Assembly (NCBI GenBank): GCA_024137785.1
Contig: JAHRHZ010000058.1
Span: 18,466,215 to 18,530,214, forward strand
Origin: Ginglymostoma cirratum
Lineage: Eukaryota
Direction of reading: 5' to 3'
Length of the DNA stretch: 64,000 bases
Shown: positions 25,157-38,239 of the stretch, in pieces
Layout of the letters: each line of letters opens with the position of its first letter
How positions within the stretch are numbered: position 1 is the stretch's first letter
Translations under genes and position numbers: made by a program
The notes under the pieces: model-generated
Database searches by the model: none
Told to the model about the DNA's origin: nothing
What the model saw: the letters and a program-made list of their open reading frames with translations, nothing else

Positions 25157-25600
25157 TCATAGAATTAGAATCTTATATCATGGAAAAGGCCTTTTGGTCA
25201 ATCAAATCTGCACCACCAAAAAAAAGGACATTGCCCACACCAGTCTCACTTTCCTGCACTAGGCCTATAGTCTTGAATGTTGTGACACTTGGAGTGCTCA
25301 TTGAAGTACTTTCTAAAAACTGTGTGGTTACCTGCCTCAGCTACGCTTCCACACAGTGCATTTCATCCCCCTAACACCTTCTGAGTGAAAACAATCTCTT
25401 CTCAAATCCCCTCTAATCCTGCTGCCAATCACTCTAAAAGTGGATGACATGTTCTGACCCTTCAGCTAAGGGGGCAGCTGCTTTCCATTCACACTGTACA
25501 TGCCTCTCACAATCTCATACACCTCTGTCAGGAGCCCCCCCTCCCCCCAAACCCACCCACCCACCCAATCTTCCCTGTTCCAAAGAAAACAACCCAAGCT
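25157..25600 (-). mobile_element. CR1 3' end fragment
   Basis: Reverse-strand tail (catagaattagaatc) and YEIVRGMYSVNGKQLPP remnant. Confidence 0.7.
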
Positions 25601-26340
25601 TGACTCCTGACTTATGCCTTGTAGATGGTGGACAGGCTTTAGGGAGTCAGCAGGTGAGTTACTCACCACACTGTTCCTAGCCTTTGACCTGCTCTTGTAA
25701 CCACTGTGTTTAGACTATGAGTCCAGTTGAGATTCTGGTCAATGCTAATCCCCTTAGGCTGTTGACAGTGGGGGATTCAGTTACGGTAACATCATTGACT
25801 ATCAGGTGGCAGTGGTTAGATTGTCTGTTATTGGAGATGGTCATTGCCTGGCATTTGTGTGGTGCAAGGTTACTTGCCACTTGTCAGCCCATGCCTGGAT
25901 ATTGTCCAGATCTTGTTGCATTTGAACATTAACTGCTTCAGTATCTGAGGAGTTGTGAATGGTTGTGAACATTGTGCAATAATTTGGGAAGATCCCCACT
26001 TCTGACCTTATGATGGAGGAAAGGTCATTGATGAAGCAGCTGATGGTGGTTGGGCCTAAGACACTACCCTGAGGAACTCCTGCAGAGATGTCCTGGAGCT
26101 GTGATGACAGACCTCAATGACCATCTTCCAATGTGTCAGGTATGACTCTAACCAGTGGAAAGTTTGCCTCTGATACCCATTGATTCCAGTTTTGTTAGGG
26201 CTCCTTGACGCCTCTCTCAGTTGACTGTGGCCATAATGCTAAGGGCTGTCACTCTCATCTCACCTCTGGAATTCTCAACAAAGGCTGTAATGAGGTCAGG
26301 AGCTAAGTAATCCTGGCAAAACGCAAACTGGGCATCAGTT
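25601..26340 (-). mobile_element. CR1/L2-superfamily LINE RT fragment (same family as 31810-34085)
   Basis: Reverse strand reads APDLITAF...NSRGEMRVTALSI and SAGVPQGSVLGP. Confidence 0.8.
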
Positions 26341-27172
26341 GAGCTCCTTAGACAGCTACTTTGCTGAATATTGGCACGTATGAATGTTTTGGTGTGAAAT
26401 ACATAGGAATTAACACCACACAAAGGAATAAATGTTGGGAGGATTGAGAGCATTAGGTACTGATACCCTACCATGTAAAGCACATCTGCCATTTCATACA
26501 TCAATTATGTCATCTGGCAAGGAGCAGCACAGAGTTAGACGTCTCCGTGGTCATCGACAGCTCTCACTAAATAAGGCACTAGCGTAGGGGATTCGTGTAA
26601 GCATCTGAAAATAAACATTTGAAATAAAAGCGCTGATGAACTGGTAGATTAATGGTAAAAGATTAAACTAAGCACAATGCAGCAGAACGGATTGATCTTT
26701 TGCTGTGCTATAAATTCTGTACAATAGCCATCAGCTTGCTGCTTTTTATGATGTATTCACCTATTGAGAGGATCTCAAGAGCTTGGCATAGAATCTACAT
26801 TCTATTTCTGTTGCTGAATTTGGAGAGCTTTCTCAGAATTCAGCAGTCAGGTGCCACATGCTAGCGAGAGAAGGAATAGGAGGATAAGGCAGATTAATGC
26901 ACAGCTGAGGAGCTGGTGAAGCGGACACGGATTCAGATTTTTGGATCATTGGGATCGCTTCTGGAGCAGAGGTGACCTGTACAAGAGGCCAAGGTTGCAC
27001 CTGAACTGGAAGGAGACCCAATATCTTGGCAGGGGAGGTGTGTGAGACCCTAAGCAGCAGTGAGGAAAGAAAGGAGGTTCATGTTTGGAAATTTGAAAAA
27101 AGCAAGTTAAATAGTCAAGGCAGGCACGAGCACAGCAGAGAATGAGGTAGGACTGAAGAATTAAACCGCATT

Positions 27173-27390
27173 TCATAGAATTCCTACAGTGTGGAAACAG
27201 GCTCTTCGGCCCAACAAGTCCACACCAACCCTCAGACATCCCCCTATAACCCACCTAATCTACACTTCCCTGAACACTACGGGCAATTTAGCATGGCCAA
27301 TCCACCTAGCCTGCACATCTTTGGACTGTGGGAGGAACCGGAGCACCCGGAGGAAATGCACACAGACGCGGGGAGAATGTGCAAACTCCA
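27173..27390 (-). mobile_element. 5'-truncated HE1 SINE nested in CR1
   Basis: Near-identical core to the 19635 copy (ccctgaacactacgggcaatttagcatggccaatccacctagcctgcaca). Confidence 0.9.
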
Positions 27391-28273
27391 GATTTATTTC
27401 AATGCAAAAGGCCTAATAGGTAAGGTGGATGAATTCAGGGCATGATGGGAACATGGGACTGAGATGTCATTACAATTGCAGAAACATGGCTGAGGGAGGG
27501 ACAGGACTGACAGCTCAATCCTCTGGTGTATAGATGCTATAGGAAGGATAGAAAGGGAGGCAAGAGAGGAGGGGGAGTGGCATTTTTGATTAGGGAAAAC
27601 CTCACTGCTGTACTTAGAGAGGATATTTCTGAGGGATCGTCTGCTGAAGCTATATGGGTGGAGCTGAGAAATGAGAAGTGGATGATCACCTTGATGGGAT
27701 TATACATAGGCTCCCCAATGGTCAGCAGGAAATCGAGGATCAAATATGTAAGGAGATTGCAGATGTCTTTAAGAATAATAGGGTTGTAATGGTAGGGGAT
27801 TTTAACTTTCCAAACATAGTCTGGGACTGCCATAATGGTAAGGACGTAGATGGTGAGGAATTTGTTAAATGTGTTCAAGAAATTTTTTTTATCAATATGC
27901 AAATGTACCTCCTAGAGAAGGAGCAAAATTTGACCTCCTCTTGGGAAATAAGGCAGGGCAAGTGACTGAGGTGTCAGTGGGGGAGTGCTGTGGGGCAAGT
28001 GATCATAATTTTATTAGTTTTACAATAGTTATGGAAAAGGATAGGCCTCGTATAAAAGTTAATGTTCTAAATTGGAACAAGGCCAATTTTGATTCTATTA
28101 GACAGAAACTTTCAAAAGTTGATTGGAGCAGACTGGTTATTGGTAAAGGGATGTCAGGCAAGTGGGAGACTTTCAACAATGAGATAATGAGAGATCAGAG
28201 GCAATATGTTCCTGTTAGAGTTAAGGGCAATGTTGGGAGGAGCAGGGAATGCTGAATGACTAGAGATATTGCA

Positions 28274-28400
28274 GATGGGTCTGGATGGGATGTCTGAGGG
28301 TCGATGTGGACTTGTTAGGCTGAAGGGCCTGTTTCCACACTCTAGGGATTCTATGAAATGCAGTTTAATTCTTCAGTCCTACCTCATTCTCTGCTATGCT
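28274..28400 (+). repeat. Inverted local copy of 27129-27243 (HE1 3' end plus its CR1 flank)
   Basis: Reverse-complement identity runs across the SINE/flank junction (ttctatgaaatgc[a/g]gtttaattcttcagtcctacctcattctctgct). Confidence 0.88.
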
Positions 28401-29917
28401 ATATATACTATTCAAGAAAAAGAAGGAGGGATATTTCAGGTATAGACAACTGGGATCAAGTGAATCCCTTGAGTATAGGAGGAGTAGGAGCATACTTAAG
28501 AGGGAAATCAGGAGGGCAAAAAAGGATGTAAGATAACGAAGGCAGATAAGGTTAAGGAGAACCCAAAGAGATCCTACAAGTACATTAAGGGCAAAAGAGC
28601 AACTAGGGAGAGAAGAGGGCCCCTTAGAGATCAATGAGGTAGTCTATGTGGAACCACAGGAGATGGGTGCAATAATAAATGAATATTTCGCTACAGTATT
28701 TACAGTGGGAAAGACATGGAGGTTAGTGAACCAGGGGAGATAAATAGTGATGTCCTGAAAGCAGTCCACATTACAGAAGAGGAGGTGCTGGAGGCCTTAA
28801 AAGACATAAAGGTAAATAAATCCCTGGAACCTGATCGAGTGTATCACAGGACATGGTGGGAAGTTAGGGATGAAAGTGCTAGCCCCCTAGCAGAGATATT
28901 TGTACCATGTACAGCCACAGGTGAGGTGCCAGAAGATGGGAGGGTGGTTAATGGTGTGCCTTTATTTAAGAAAGCCTGTAAGGAAAAGCATGAAACTATA
29001 GACTGGTGAATCTGAAGTCAATGGTGGGTAAGTTGTTGGAAGGGATTCTGAGAGACAGGTTTTTCATGTGCTTGGAAAGGCAAGGACTGATTAGGGATAG
29101 TCAACATGGCTTTGTGCATGGGAAATTGTATCTTACAAACTTGAATGAGTTTTTTGAGGATGTGGCCAAGGGGATAGATGCAGGCAGAGTGGCAAACATC
29201 ATCTGCATGGACTTTAGCAAGGCCTTCAGCAAGGTTCTGCATGGTAGACTAGTTAGTAAAGTTAGATTGCACAGGATCTAGGGAGAGCTAGCCAGTTGGA
29301 TACAGAATTGGCTTGACGGCAGGAGACAGAGGGTGGTGATAGAGGGTTGTTTTTCCAGATTGGAGGCCTGTGACCAGCAGTATTCTGCAGGGACTGGTGC
29401 TGGGTCCACTATTGTTTGTCATTTATGTAAATGATTCGGATGAGAATATAGGAAGCATGGTTAGTAAGTTTGCAGAAGACATCAAAATTGGCATTGTAGA
29501 CAGTGAAAAAGGTTATCTAAAAGTACAATTGGATCTTGATCAGCTGGGCCAATGGGCTGAGGAGTGGTAGATGGAGTTTCATTTAGATAAATGTGAGGTA
29601 TTGCATTTTTAGTGAGACAAATCAGGACAGGACTAGTATACTTAATGGTAGGGCCCAAGTGAGTGTTGATGAACAGAGGGACTGAGACGTTCTGGTACAT
29701 AGTTTCTTGAAAATGGTGTCACAGGTAGACAGGGTAGTGAAAAAGGCGCTTGGCACATTTGTCTCATTGATTAGAGACATGTTGTGGCTGTACAGGACAT
29801 TGGTGGGGCCTCTCTTTTGTACTGCATACAATTCTGGTTGCCTTGTTATGGAGAGAATGTTATTAAAATGGAAGGGGTGCATAAAAGATTTATAAGGACA
29901 TTACTGGGACTGGAGGG

Positions 29918-30144
29918 AGATAAAAGGTACTGCAGATGCTGGAGAATCCGAGATAACAAGCATGGGACTGGCTGAACACAGCAGGTCAAGCAGCATCATA
30001 GGAGCAGGAAAACTTGACGTTTCAGGCTTAAACCCTTCATCAGAAAATCATTTTCTGATGAAGGGTTTAGGCCCGAAATGTCAAGTTTTCCTGCTCCTAT
30101 GATGCTGCTTGACCTGCTGTGTTCATCCAGCCCCAAGCTTGTTA
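29918..30144. mobile_element. Penelope-like element end, head-to-head palindrome with hammerhead motifs, nested in CR1
   Basis: Perfect 15-bp TSD actgggactggaggg (29903-29917 / 30145-30159). Arms invert around 30049. CTGATGA...GAAA on both strands. Confidence 0.88.
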
Positions 30145-31809
30145 ACTGGGACTGGAGGGCTTGAGTTATAGGGAGAGGCTGGGTAGGTTGCAACATTTTT
30201 TTTCTGGAGTGTAAGAGTTTGAGCCATGACCATATAGAGATTTATAAAATCACGAGAGGCGTAGCTAAGGTGAATAGCCAAGGTCTTTTCCGTAAGGTTA
30301 GGGAATTCAAAACTAGAGGTCATAGGTTTAAGGTGAGAGGGGAAAGACTTAAAAGACCTGAGAGGCAACTTTTTCATACAGAGGGTGGTGCGTGTATGGG
30401 ATGAACTGCCAGAGGAAGTGACAGGGGCAGGTACAGTTACAACATTTAAAAGAGATTTGGACAGGTACATGAATAGGAAAGGTTTAGAGGGATATGAGCC
30501 AAACACAGGAAAATGGGACTAGCTTAGTTTGGGAAACATGGTTGGCATGAACGAGTTGGACCAAAGGGTCTGTTTCCGTGCTGTACGAGTCTATGACTCC
30601 CATGATAAATTGATGACAATTTAATAAAAATCTTTCTTTAACTTTACAGAGAGCTAAAGGTAAACTCGCAATTTTTGAACAAAGTATACATTTACTTCTT
30701 ATCTTTACTAAAAGTACTTTGTACAACTTAAGCACAAATACATCTTAAAATGGTATTTTCAGAAATTAAAATAGCAATTACAAACTAAAGGCTGCAATGT
30801 TTACACTAGCATAGAGTAGGTGGCTGTTTTTTTAAAAGAGGAGGATATTTTGCAGGAGTTGTTCCTGTTATACGCAGTTCCATAGTGGAGATATTCAGTG
30901 ATCCTTTGATTTGATTTGTGGGTGGTAAGGTATAATGGATATTATTGACATATCTGTTGAACATTGTTATTAGTATAAGGATTAAAGGATATTCTACTCT
31001 CCATCTGAATGTAATTGCTTCTTTAATGGAACTAGCACCCTAACAACTCAGTTATTGAGTTGCTGGACCAGCATGCAGTCCACCAATGTAACTTTCAAAT
31101 AAATAAAGCCTTGCAGTTGCTTTTACAAATTGCACAATAGACAAACTATTTTCCCTGAGTTGTGGCAGGAAACGGATTTTTTCTTTCTCATAGGAATTGT
31201 AGTCACTGCACATCTGCTGCAAGAGTTTACCCAGCTGTGCTTGGGAACCAGCTCTAAGATTTGTTACAGCCCAGAAATGACCAAATGGACCCAATCTGCA
31301 TTTTCATATTTGTTCTAACAACCACTTCTTTTTTTTCAAAACTAATTCCAAAGACTTATAGACTGGGAGCACATGTCTTGCTCATTTATCTTCATCCCCA
31401 GTCTTGTCCTGTGCATTGTCCAATCTCTAAACAAGTAGCTTACATTCTGTGGAAAGCCAACAGGCAGTGGTGACAGTGTTAACTTCGGTGCTGTCCGGAG
31501 TACATTTTTGTTCAATGTTTACCAACTCCATAAGCAATGCCGGCAGAATACTAGGATCAGGAAGGAGTCACAACCTCGAGGTCTGAAGCAAAGTTACAAG
31601 TTTCATGCTCTTACCAAAAGTAACCAAAAATAAAATGAACAGAGTGGTTAAATTTCACTAAGCAGCCTTCTCAGTGAAAAAGAATATTCTCAATAGCAAG
31701 ATGGAAATGATGACCATTGGCTAGATATTGGGTGAGATTAAAGTTGTTGAAGTATACATAGCATTGATCCTGCTTACAACTCGTGCCAAAATTGAGAGAG
31801 CTGTCTTGC

Positions 31810-34085
31810 AGGCATTAGCATGATATAGTCATACTCGCAGAATCATACCTTACAGATCATGGACAATGGCATCACCATCCACGGATATGTCTTGTCCCAT
31901 CAACAGGACAGACCCAGCAGAGGTGGGCCACACAGGTATACACTCGGGAGATTTCAGCATTGACATCATACTCCATGAGGTCTCGTGTCATCAGTTCAAA
32001 CACGGACAAGGAAATCCCCAGCTGATTATCTTGTAAAATCCATCCTCGGCTGATGAATCAATGCTCCTCTATGTTGAACACCAGTTAGAGGAAGGCCTGA
32101 GGGTGGCTATGGCACAGAATGTTCTGAGTCGGGGAACTTCAATGTGCGCCACGAGGAGTGGCTCAGTAGCACTGCCCCTGATTGGGCTGGTCAGGTCCTA
32201 AAGGACATAGCTGTTAGACTGGGTCTGCAGCAGGTGGTGAGGGAACCAACAAGAGGGGAAAAAACATACTTGACCTCACCCTTACCAATCTGCTGATTGA
32301 AGATGCATCTGTCCATGATAGTAAGAATAATTGCCAACAGTCCTCAAGAAGACAAACAGAATACCCTCCATTGTGTTGTGTGGCACTATCGCTGGGCTAA
32401 ATGGAACAGATTTCAAAGTGATTTAACAACTCAGGACTGGGCATAAGGTGCTGTGGACCATCAACAGCAGCAGAATTGTACTCCGGCACACAATATGCAA
32501 CCTCATGGCCTGGCATATCCCCCATTCAAACATTACCATAAAGTCAGGCATTCAACCCTGGTTCAATGGAGAGTGTAAGTGGACATGCTTGAAAGGGCAC
32601 CATGCATACATAAGAATGATGTGTCAAACTGAAGCTAGAAAACAAGATGACTTGTGTGTCAAAAGGTGTAACCAGCAAATGACAGACAGAGCTAAGTGAA
32701 ATCACACTAATGTAACAGATTTAAGCTTCACAATCCTGCCATATCTTGTTGTGAATGGTGATGGGTAATTAAACAACTTACTACAGGAGCAGACTCCCGA
32801 AATACCCCAATCCTCAATGATGGAAGAGCCATTACATCTGTGCAAATGATAAGGTTGAAGCATTTGCAACAATCTTCAGATAGAAGTGCTGAGTGGATAA
32901 TCCACCTTGGCCTCTTCCAGTGGTCCCCAACATTACAGATACCAAATTTCAGCCAACTTGATTCATTCAAAGTGATATCAAGAAATGGAGACACTGGAAA
33001 CTGCAAAGCTTATGGGCCCAGACAATGTTCCAGCAATAGCACTGATCATGTGCGCTCCAGAAACATGGCCGTGCCCTGAGTCAAGCTGTTCCAGTACAGT
33101 TACAACACTAGCATCTACTCGGCAATGTGGAAAATTGCCCAAGTATGTCCTGTACATGAAATCAGGACAAATCCAACCCGGCCAATTGCCACCCCATCAG
33201 TGTACTCCCGATTATCAGTAAAGTGATGGAAGGTATCATGATCAGTGCTATCAAGCAGCACCTGCTCAGCAATAACCTGCTCAGTGACGCCCCGATTGGG
33301 TTCTGCCAGGGCCACTCAGCTCCTGACCTCATTACAGCCTTGGTTCAAACATGGACAAAAGAGCTGAATTCCAGAGGTGAGGTGAGGTGAGAGTGACAGT
33401 CCTTGACATCAAAGCTGCATTTAACTGAGTGTGGCATCAAGAAGCCCTAGCAAAACTGGAATCAATGGGTATCAGGGAGCAATGGGCACATCGGAAGATG
33501 GTTGTGGTTTTTGGAGGTAAGTCACCTCAGCCCAAGACATCTCTGCAGGAGTTCCTCAGGGTAGTGTCCGAGGCCCAACCATCTTTAGTTGCTCCATCAT
33601 TGATCTTCCCTCCTTCATTAGGTCAGAATTGGGTATATTCACCGATGATTTGCATGATGTTCAGCACCACTTGCTTCGTCTCAAATAATGAAGCAGTTCA
33701 TGTTCAAACGTAGTAAGAAATGAACAATATCCAGGCTTGAGCTGACAAGTGGCATGTAATAAACATGCCACGCAGTGCCAAGCAATGATCATCTCTAATA
33801 ACAGAGCATCTAACCATCACCCCTTGACATTCAATGGTGGTACCATCACTGAATCCTACACTAATACATCCTGGGTGTTACCATTGACTAGAAATTCAAC
33901 TGGACTAGCGATAAAAATATAATGGCTCCAAGAGCAGATCAGAGGCTAGGAATCCTGCAGAGAGTGACTCACCTCTCGACTCTGCAAAGTTGTTCACCAC
34001 CTGCAAGCTGTAAGTCAGGAGTGTGAGGGAAGGCTCCCCATTTGCCTGGATAAGTGCTGCTCCAACAACACTCAAGAAGCTTAAT
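31810..34085 (+). mobile_element. Decayed CR1/L2-superfamily LINE ORF2 (endonuclease plus RT)
   Basis: VILAESYL, EPTRG...LDLTLTN, KLMGPDNVPAIAL, QIGFCQGHSAPDL and DIKAAF motifs with frameshifts. Confidence 0.85.
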
Positions 34086-34369
34086 GTAAGACCAATTGTA
34101 AACTAGGAGTTTTTTTATATTGTTGTGACAATTGATTATATTGTTTTCTATTAAATCACTTGAATCCACCTCATCCTCTCCCATTTTTACACCATTGCTC
34201 CCTACCCTTTTATGATATATGACTCTGTTTGAGTAAAATTCATTAAACCACTCATAATTTACTCAATTTCCAATATCCATTTATAAATCAAGGCTCAGCA
34301 CTCACAGGTTATTTTCTCAGAAAAATCATTACACATTCACTCATATTCATTGGCAGTAGAAATTTAGCT

Positions 34370-34466
34370 AAGATAACAAGGTGTAGAGCTGGATGAACAC
34401 AGCAGGCCAAGCAGCATCAGAGGAGTAGGAAGGCTGACGTTTCGGGACTAGACCCTTCCTCAGAAA
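34370..34466 (-). mobile_element. Single PLE end with an intact hammerhead core
   Basis: Minus strand reads CTGAGGA-A-GGGTCTAGTCCC-GAAACGTC. 12-bp TSD agaaatttagct (34358-34369 / 34462-34473) overlaps the element end. Confidence 0.8.
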
Positions 34467-34651
34467 TTTAGCTGTTTGTTTTCCTTCTAAACCTTTGGTT
34501 TGAGGAGTTGTAAGTTGAAGTCAGTAGTAAAGTTGTTACTTCCATCACATTGGAAAAAGGGATCTCACTTGTCTATATGGCTGTGTTACTCATTATCTAA
34601 AACAGCCGAGACACTAGGAGAAGAAATAAGACAAGTCTTGGTCCAAAGCCA

Positions 34652-35520
34652 AAGAAACATAGAAACATAAACAACAGAAATAGGACTTGGTCATTTGGCC
34701 CTTCGAGCCTGCTCCACCATTTGATGTGATCATAGTTGACCCTTCTACTCAGTACCCTACTCCCACTTTTATCCTTTTGATCTCTTTAGTCCTAAGAATT
34801 ATATCATATCTCCTTCTTGAAATCAATCAATGCTTCGGCCGCAACCATTTTCTATGGCAGAAATACTACAGGGTTACCACTCTCTGGATGAAGAAATTCC
34901 TTTTCATTCAGTCCTAAATGGCCCATATCCTGAGACTGTGACCACTGGTTCTGGATTCCTGGTCATTGGAAACATCCTTCCGACATCTACCCTGTCTAGT
35001 CCTGTTAGAATTTTATAAGTTTCTATGAGATACTCCCTCATTCTTCTAAACTAAATATGATCCTAGCAGATCCGATCTCTTATCATGTGTCCACGCTGCC
35101 ATGCCAGGAATGAGTCTGGTAAACCTTTGTTGCACTCCCTGCATAGGCAGAATATCCTTCCTCAAAATTACACACAGTACTCCAGCTGTGGTCTCACCAA
35201 GGCCCTGTACAATTGCAGCAAGACATTCCTGCTCCTGATCTGGAATTCTCTCACTATAAAGGCCAACATACCATTTTCTTCTTCACTATCTGCTGCACCT
35301 GCGTGCTTATTTTCAGTGACAGGTGTAGGACAGCCAGATCTCATTGCATCTCCCCTTATCAAATTATTGCCATTCAGATAATAATACTCCTTCCTGCTTT
35401 TTTACCGAAGTGGATAACCTCGCATTTATCCACATTATACTTCAACTCCCATACATTTGTTCACTCACTCAACTTGAACAAATCACACTGAAGCATTTCC
35501 GCACAGCACAGCCTCCCACT
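34652..35520 (-). mobile_element. CR1 3' portion
   Basis: NGMLAFIVR...LLQLYRALVRPQLEYCV on the minus strand; (TTTCTATG)n-type tail at ~34655. Confidence 0.88.
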
Positions 35521-35565
35521 CACTCCATGAACCATAGACAATGTTGTAAAGGTGGTGACTTGGCT

Positions 35566-35695
35566 TTTCTGAAGAAGGGTCCAGACCCGAAACGTCAGCT
35601 TTCCTGCTCCTCTGATGCTGCTTGGCCTGCTGTGTTCATCTAGCTCTACACCTTGTTATCTCAGATTCTCCAGCATCGGCAGTTCCTACTATCTC
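35566..35695 (+). mobile_element. Single PLE end with intact hammerhead core and tail
   Basis: CTGAAGA-A-GGGTC-CA-GACCC-GAAACGTC at 35569-35596; possible 6-bp TSD tggctt (35561-35566 / 35696-35701). Confidence 0.82.
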
Positions 35696-35699
35696 TGGC

Positions 35700-36075
35700 T
35701 TAACAGCAGTTGTTTATCCAATATACTACCTCCAACTTGAACACATGTCCTTAATTAGGCCATGATTTTCTAACTGCACTTAAATCCTATCTCCAAGAAT
35801 TCTCTTCAATAGCTTCCCAACCACCGATGTGAGACTCACTGGTCTATAGTTTCCTGGATGATCCCTATTTCTCTTCTTGAACAGAGGAACAACATTAGCT
35901 ACTCACCAATCCTCTGGGATCTCTCCAGTGGCTAGCAAGAATACAAAGATCTTGGTCTAGGCCCCATTAATCTCTTCTCTTGCCTATCTCCATAACCTGG
36001 GGTAGATACCACTGGGCCTGAGGACTTACCCACCTTAATGCTGTTCAAGAGACCCAGCACCACTTTGTTCTTGAT
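35700..36075 (-). mobile_element. CR1 RT N-terminal fragment
   Basis: Minus strand reads ANVVPLFKKRNRDHPGNYRPVSLTSVVGKLLKRIL. Confidence 0.85.
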
Positions 36076-37569
36076 ATTGCACCCCACGACCCAACCCAAT
36101 ATCTCACCGTTGTACTGACCTTGCTAAGATCTGAGCCAAACCCTTCCTAGCCCACTAGACCTAACATACCTTCTACAATCTAGGCATGATGCCCACATCC
36201 AGCCCCTACCCTTTGATTGATGCTAAGCTCTCATTTGCCTACCCCTGATATATTACCTTTGCTCATTTACCTGCCAATCTAAGCTTTTCACCCACCAACA
36301 ACGCCTGCAACGTTTACTGAAGGAGGACTCTTTATTGCCTAAAGTATTTCTGGATTTATGATGGAGCCAAACAACAAAGCTAAATGCTATTGATCAGTTT
36401 TATCTAATTTGAATACACTATGTAGTGTTGGTTTAGAACATTTTAATCTTTCAAAATCTATGCATATCAAGAATGATAGAATAATCTCAGAAAATATAGA
36501 CTTGGCTGTTCTAATGCCAAGACCACTTCATTTGACTTTGGAAATCAAATTATTCAGGTTTGATGGGCAGCTGTATTAACATAAATAGTTTGTTTGACTT
36601 TTTGAATTAGACAAATAGACAAACTTGACGAACATTGAATCATCAAAAATGATATATTTCGGCGGAATGATTCACTTCAGTTTTAGATATTCCTCACCAT
36701 CCTGTGTTGGAGCTGTGTCTTATTTCCCCTGTTAATTGCTGACAAAAATAGTCTAAACACTAATCTTAAACACAAACGCTGCTGCAAGTCTAAAATGCTG
36801 ATTCTACACCAATCTAAAATACAGAATCCACCATAAATATTTCAATTCTCCCAGTCTAGCTGACAGTTGAGAAATGAGTTGTACAACCAGTAGGTATCCA
36901 AAGTTTGATCCTGTCTAAGTTAAAACTATAGGTATTTTGAATGACTACAAGGTACAATTTGGTCATGCTGGTAAATTTCTTTATTTAGAGACACACACAT
37001 GTAGAATGAGGTTTAGGAACAGCTACTAGAATGTTACAGGTCCATCTACAATTCTACTCCTTAAGCCAGTGAATGGATAAAGAGGGAAACCATGGGGAGG
37101 CATCTTTTCTGAATCCATTAGTCTAATCAAGGTAAATATACTTTTGGAATCCCTCAACTTAACTGTAAGGTGCCTTACATCTTCTCTATTTGTGTCTTTT
37201 TGATTAAAACTGCAGGCATAAACTTTCAAACTTCTTTTAATAATTATCTGAAGTTTAATTTATTAAAATTAAATTATTTCATCAAATTCAATGGAACTGC
37301 TATTTATTTGGTAATAATAGCTAAATGATTCATGTAATGCTAATTTGCCATCTATTTTAAATCTGATATAACATCCTTTACATTCATATTTTCTCATGAT
37401 TTTTTCATGATCTTGCCAAAATCCCTAGACCGCCTCCACAAATTTAATCAAAGATTTTAAAAGGTGCTTAGATTAATCGGGCAGAAATGCCGCAATAATC
37501 TTTCCCTACTTGCTGTTCTACCCGACCCTGAGCTGAGCTTCTGACCCATATCCTCTCTGTGAACAAGAC

Positions 37570-38182
37570 CATTTATGTTCAATTCCTCAACACTGCCCAT
37601 CTCCACCCCTGCCTCAACTTATCTGCTGCTGAAGCTTCCAGCTATGGATTTATTACCTTGTACATCCAACAAGTCCAACACTTCCCTAGTCATTTTCCTA
37701 CTTTGCATAAACCTGAGATCGTTCACATTGTAAAGGACAAAGTTCTGTTCATCCATTATCCCTGTTCTCTCTGATCTATATTTAGCCCCTTGTTTGGTTG
37801 TTAAAATTTAAATATGTTTTAAATTACTCATTTTTATTTTCAAAACCTTCCACAGCCTCATCCCTCTCCTCATCACTGCAACCTCCTTCAGCACTACACC
37901 CTTCCAAATTTCTGCGCATATCCAGATTTTGCCTCTTGCAAATCTATGATTTTCATTGCTTCACTGCTGATGGCTAAGTTTTCAGTTGCCTGAGTTCTAG
38001 AGTTCCCTCCTGAAATACCTCCACCTATCTCTCTTTCTTCCTTTAAAAAAGAACTCCTTAAAATTACCTCTTCTATCAATCTCTGCCCTAATATCTCTTT
38101 ACATGGGTGTGTGCTTGCTAATGCTCTGAGGAAGCACCAATGGTTTACTACATTAAAAATGATATATAAATGTAAGTTATCG
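37570..38182 (+). mobile_element. Ancient L2 LINE 3' end
   Basis: Decayed L2 C-terminus (cccatctccacccctgcctc...ctgctgaagct) and tail tactacattaaaaatgatatataaatgtaagtt. Confidence 0.55.
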
Positions 38183-38239
38183 CTTGTTTCCAGATTGCAG
38201 GGGCTTTTGTTGGAGTACTGTATACATGCCATTTGGAAA

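Larger units (their letters stand above)
26833..30600 (+). mobile_element. Long decayed CR1 LINE (ORF1 end, APE endonuclease, RT, 3' tail) with nested inserts
   Basis: GGGVAFLI, VMVGDFNFPNI and GASDHN endonuclease motifs; SQHGFVHGK...DFSKAF and LGPLLFVIYVND RT motifs; tail gagtctatgactc. Confidence 0.93.

Noticed and set aside
31568-31570. In-frame TGA in a minus-strand exon candidate read as selenocysteine
   Set aside because: No SECIS element or selenoprotein motif was identified, and the exon itself is unproven.
34370-35695. Opposed PLE ends at 34.4 and 35.6 kb as terminal inverted repeats of one composite transposon
   Set aside because: Each has its own separate TSD, so they are better read as independent insertions.
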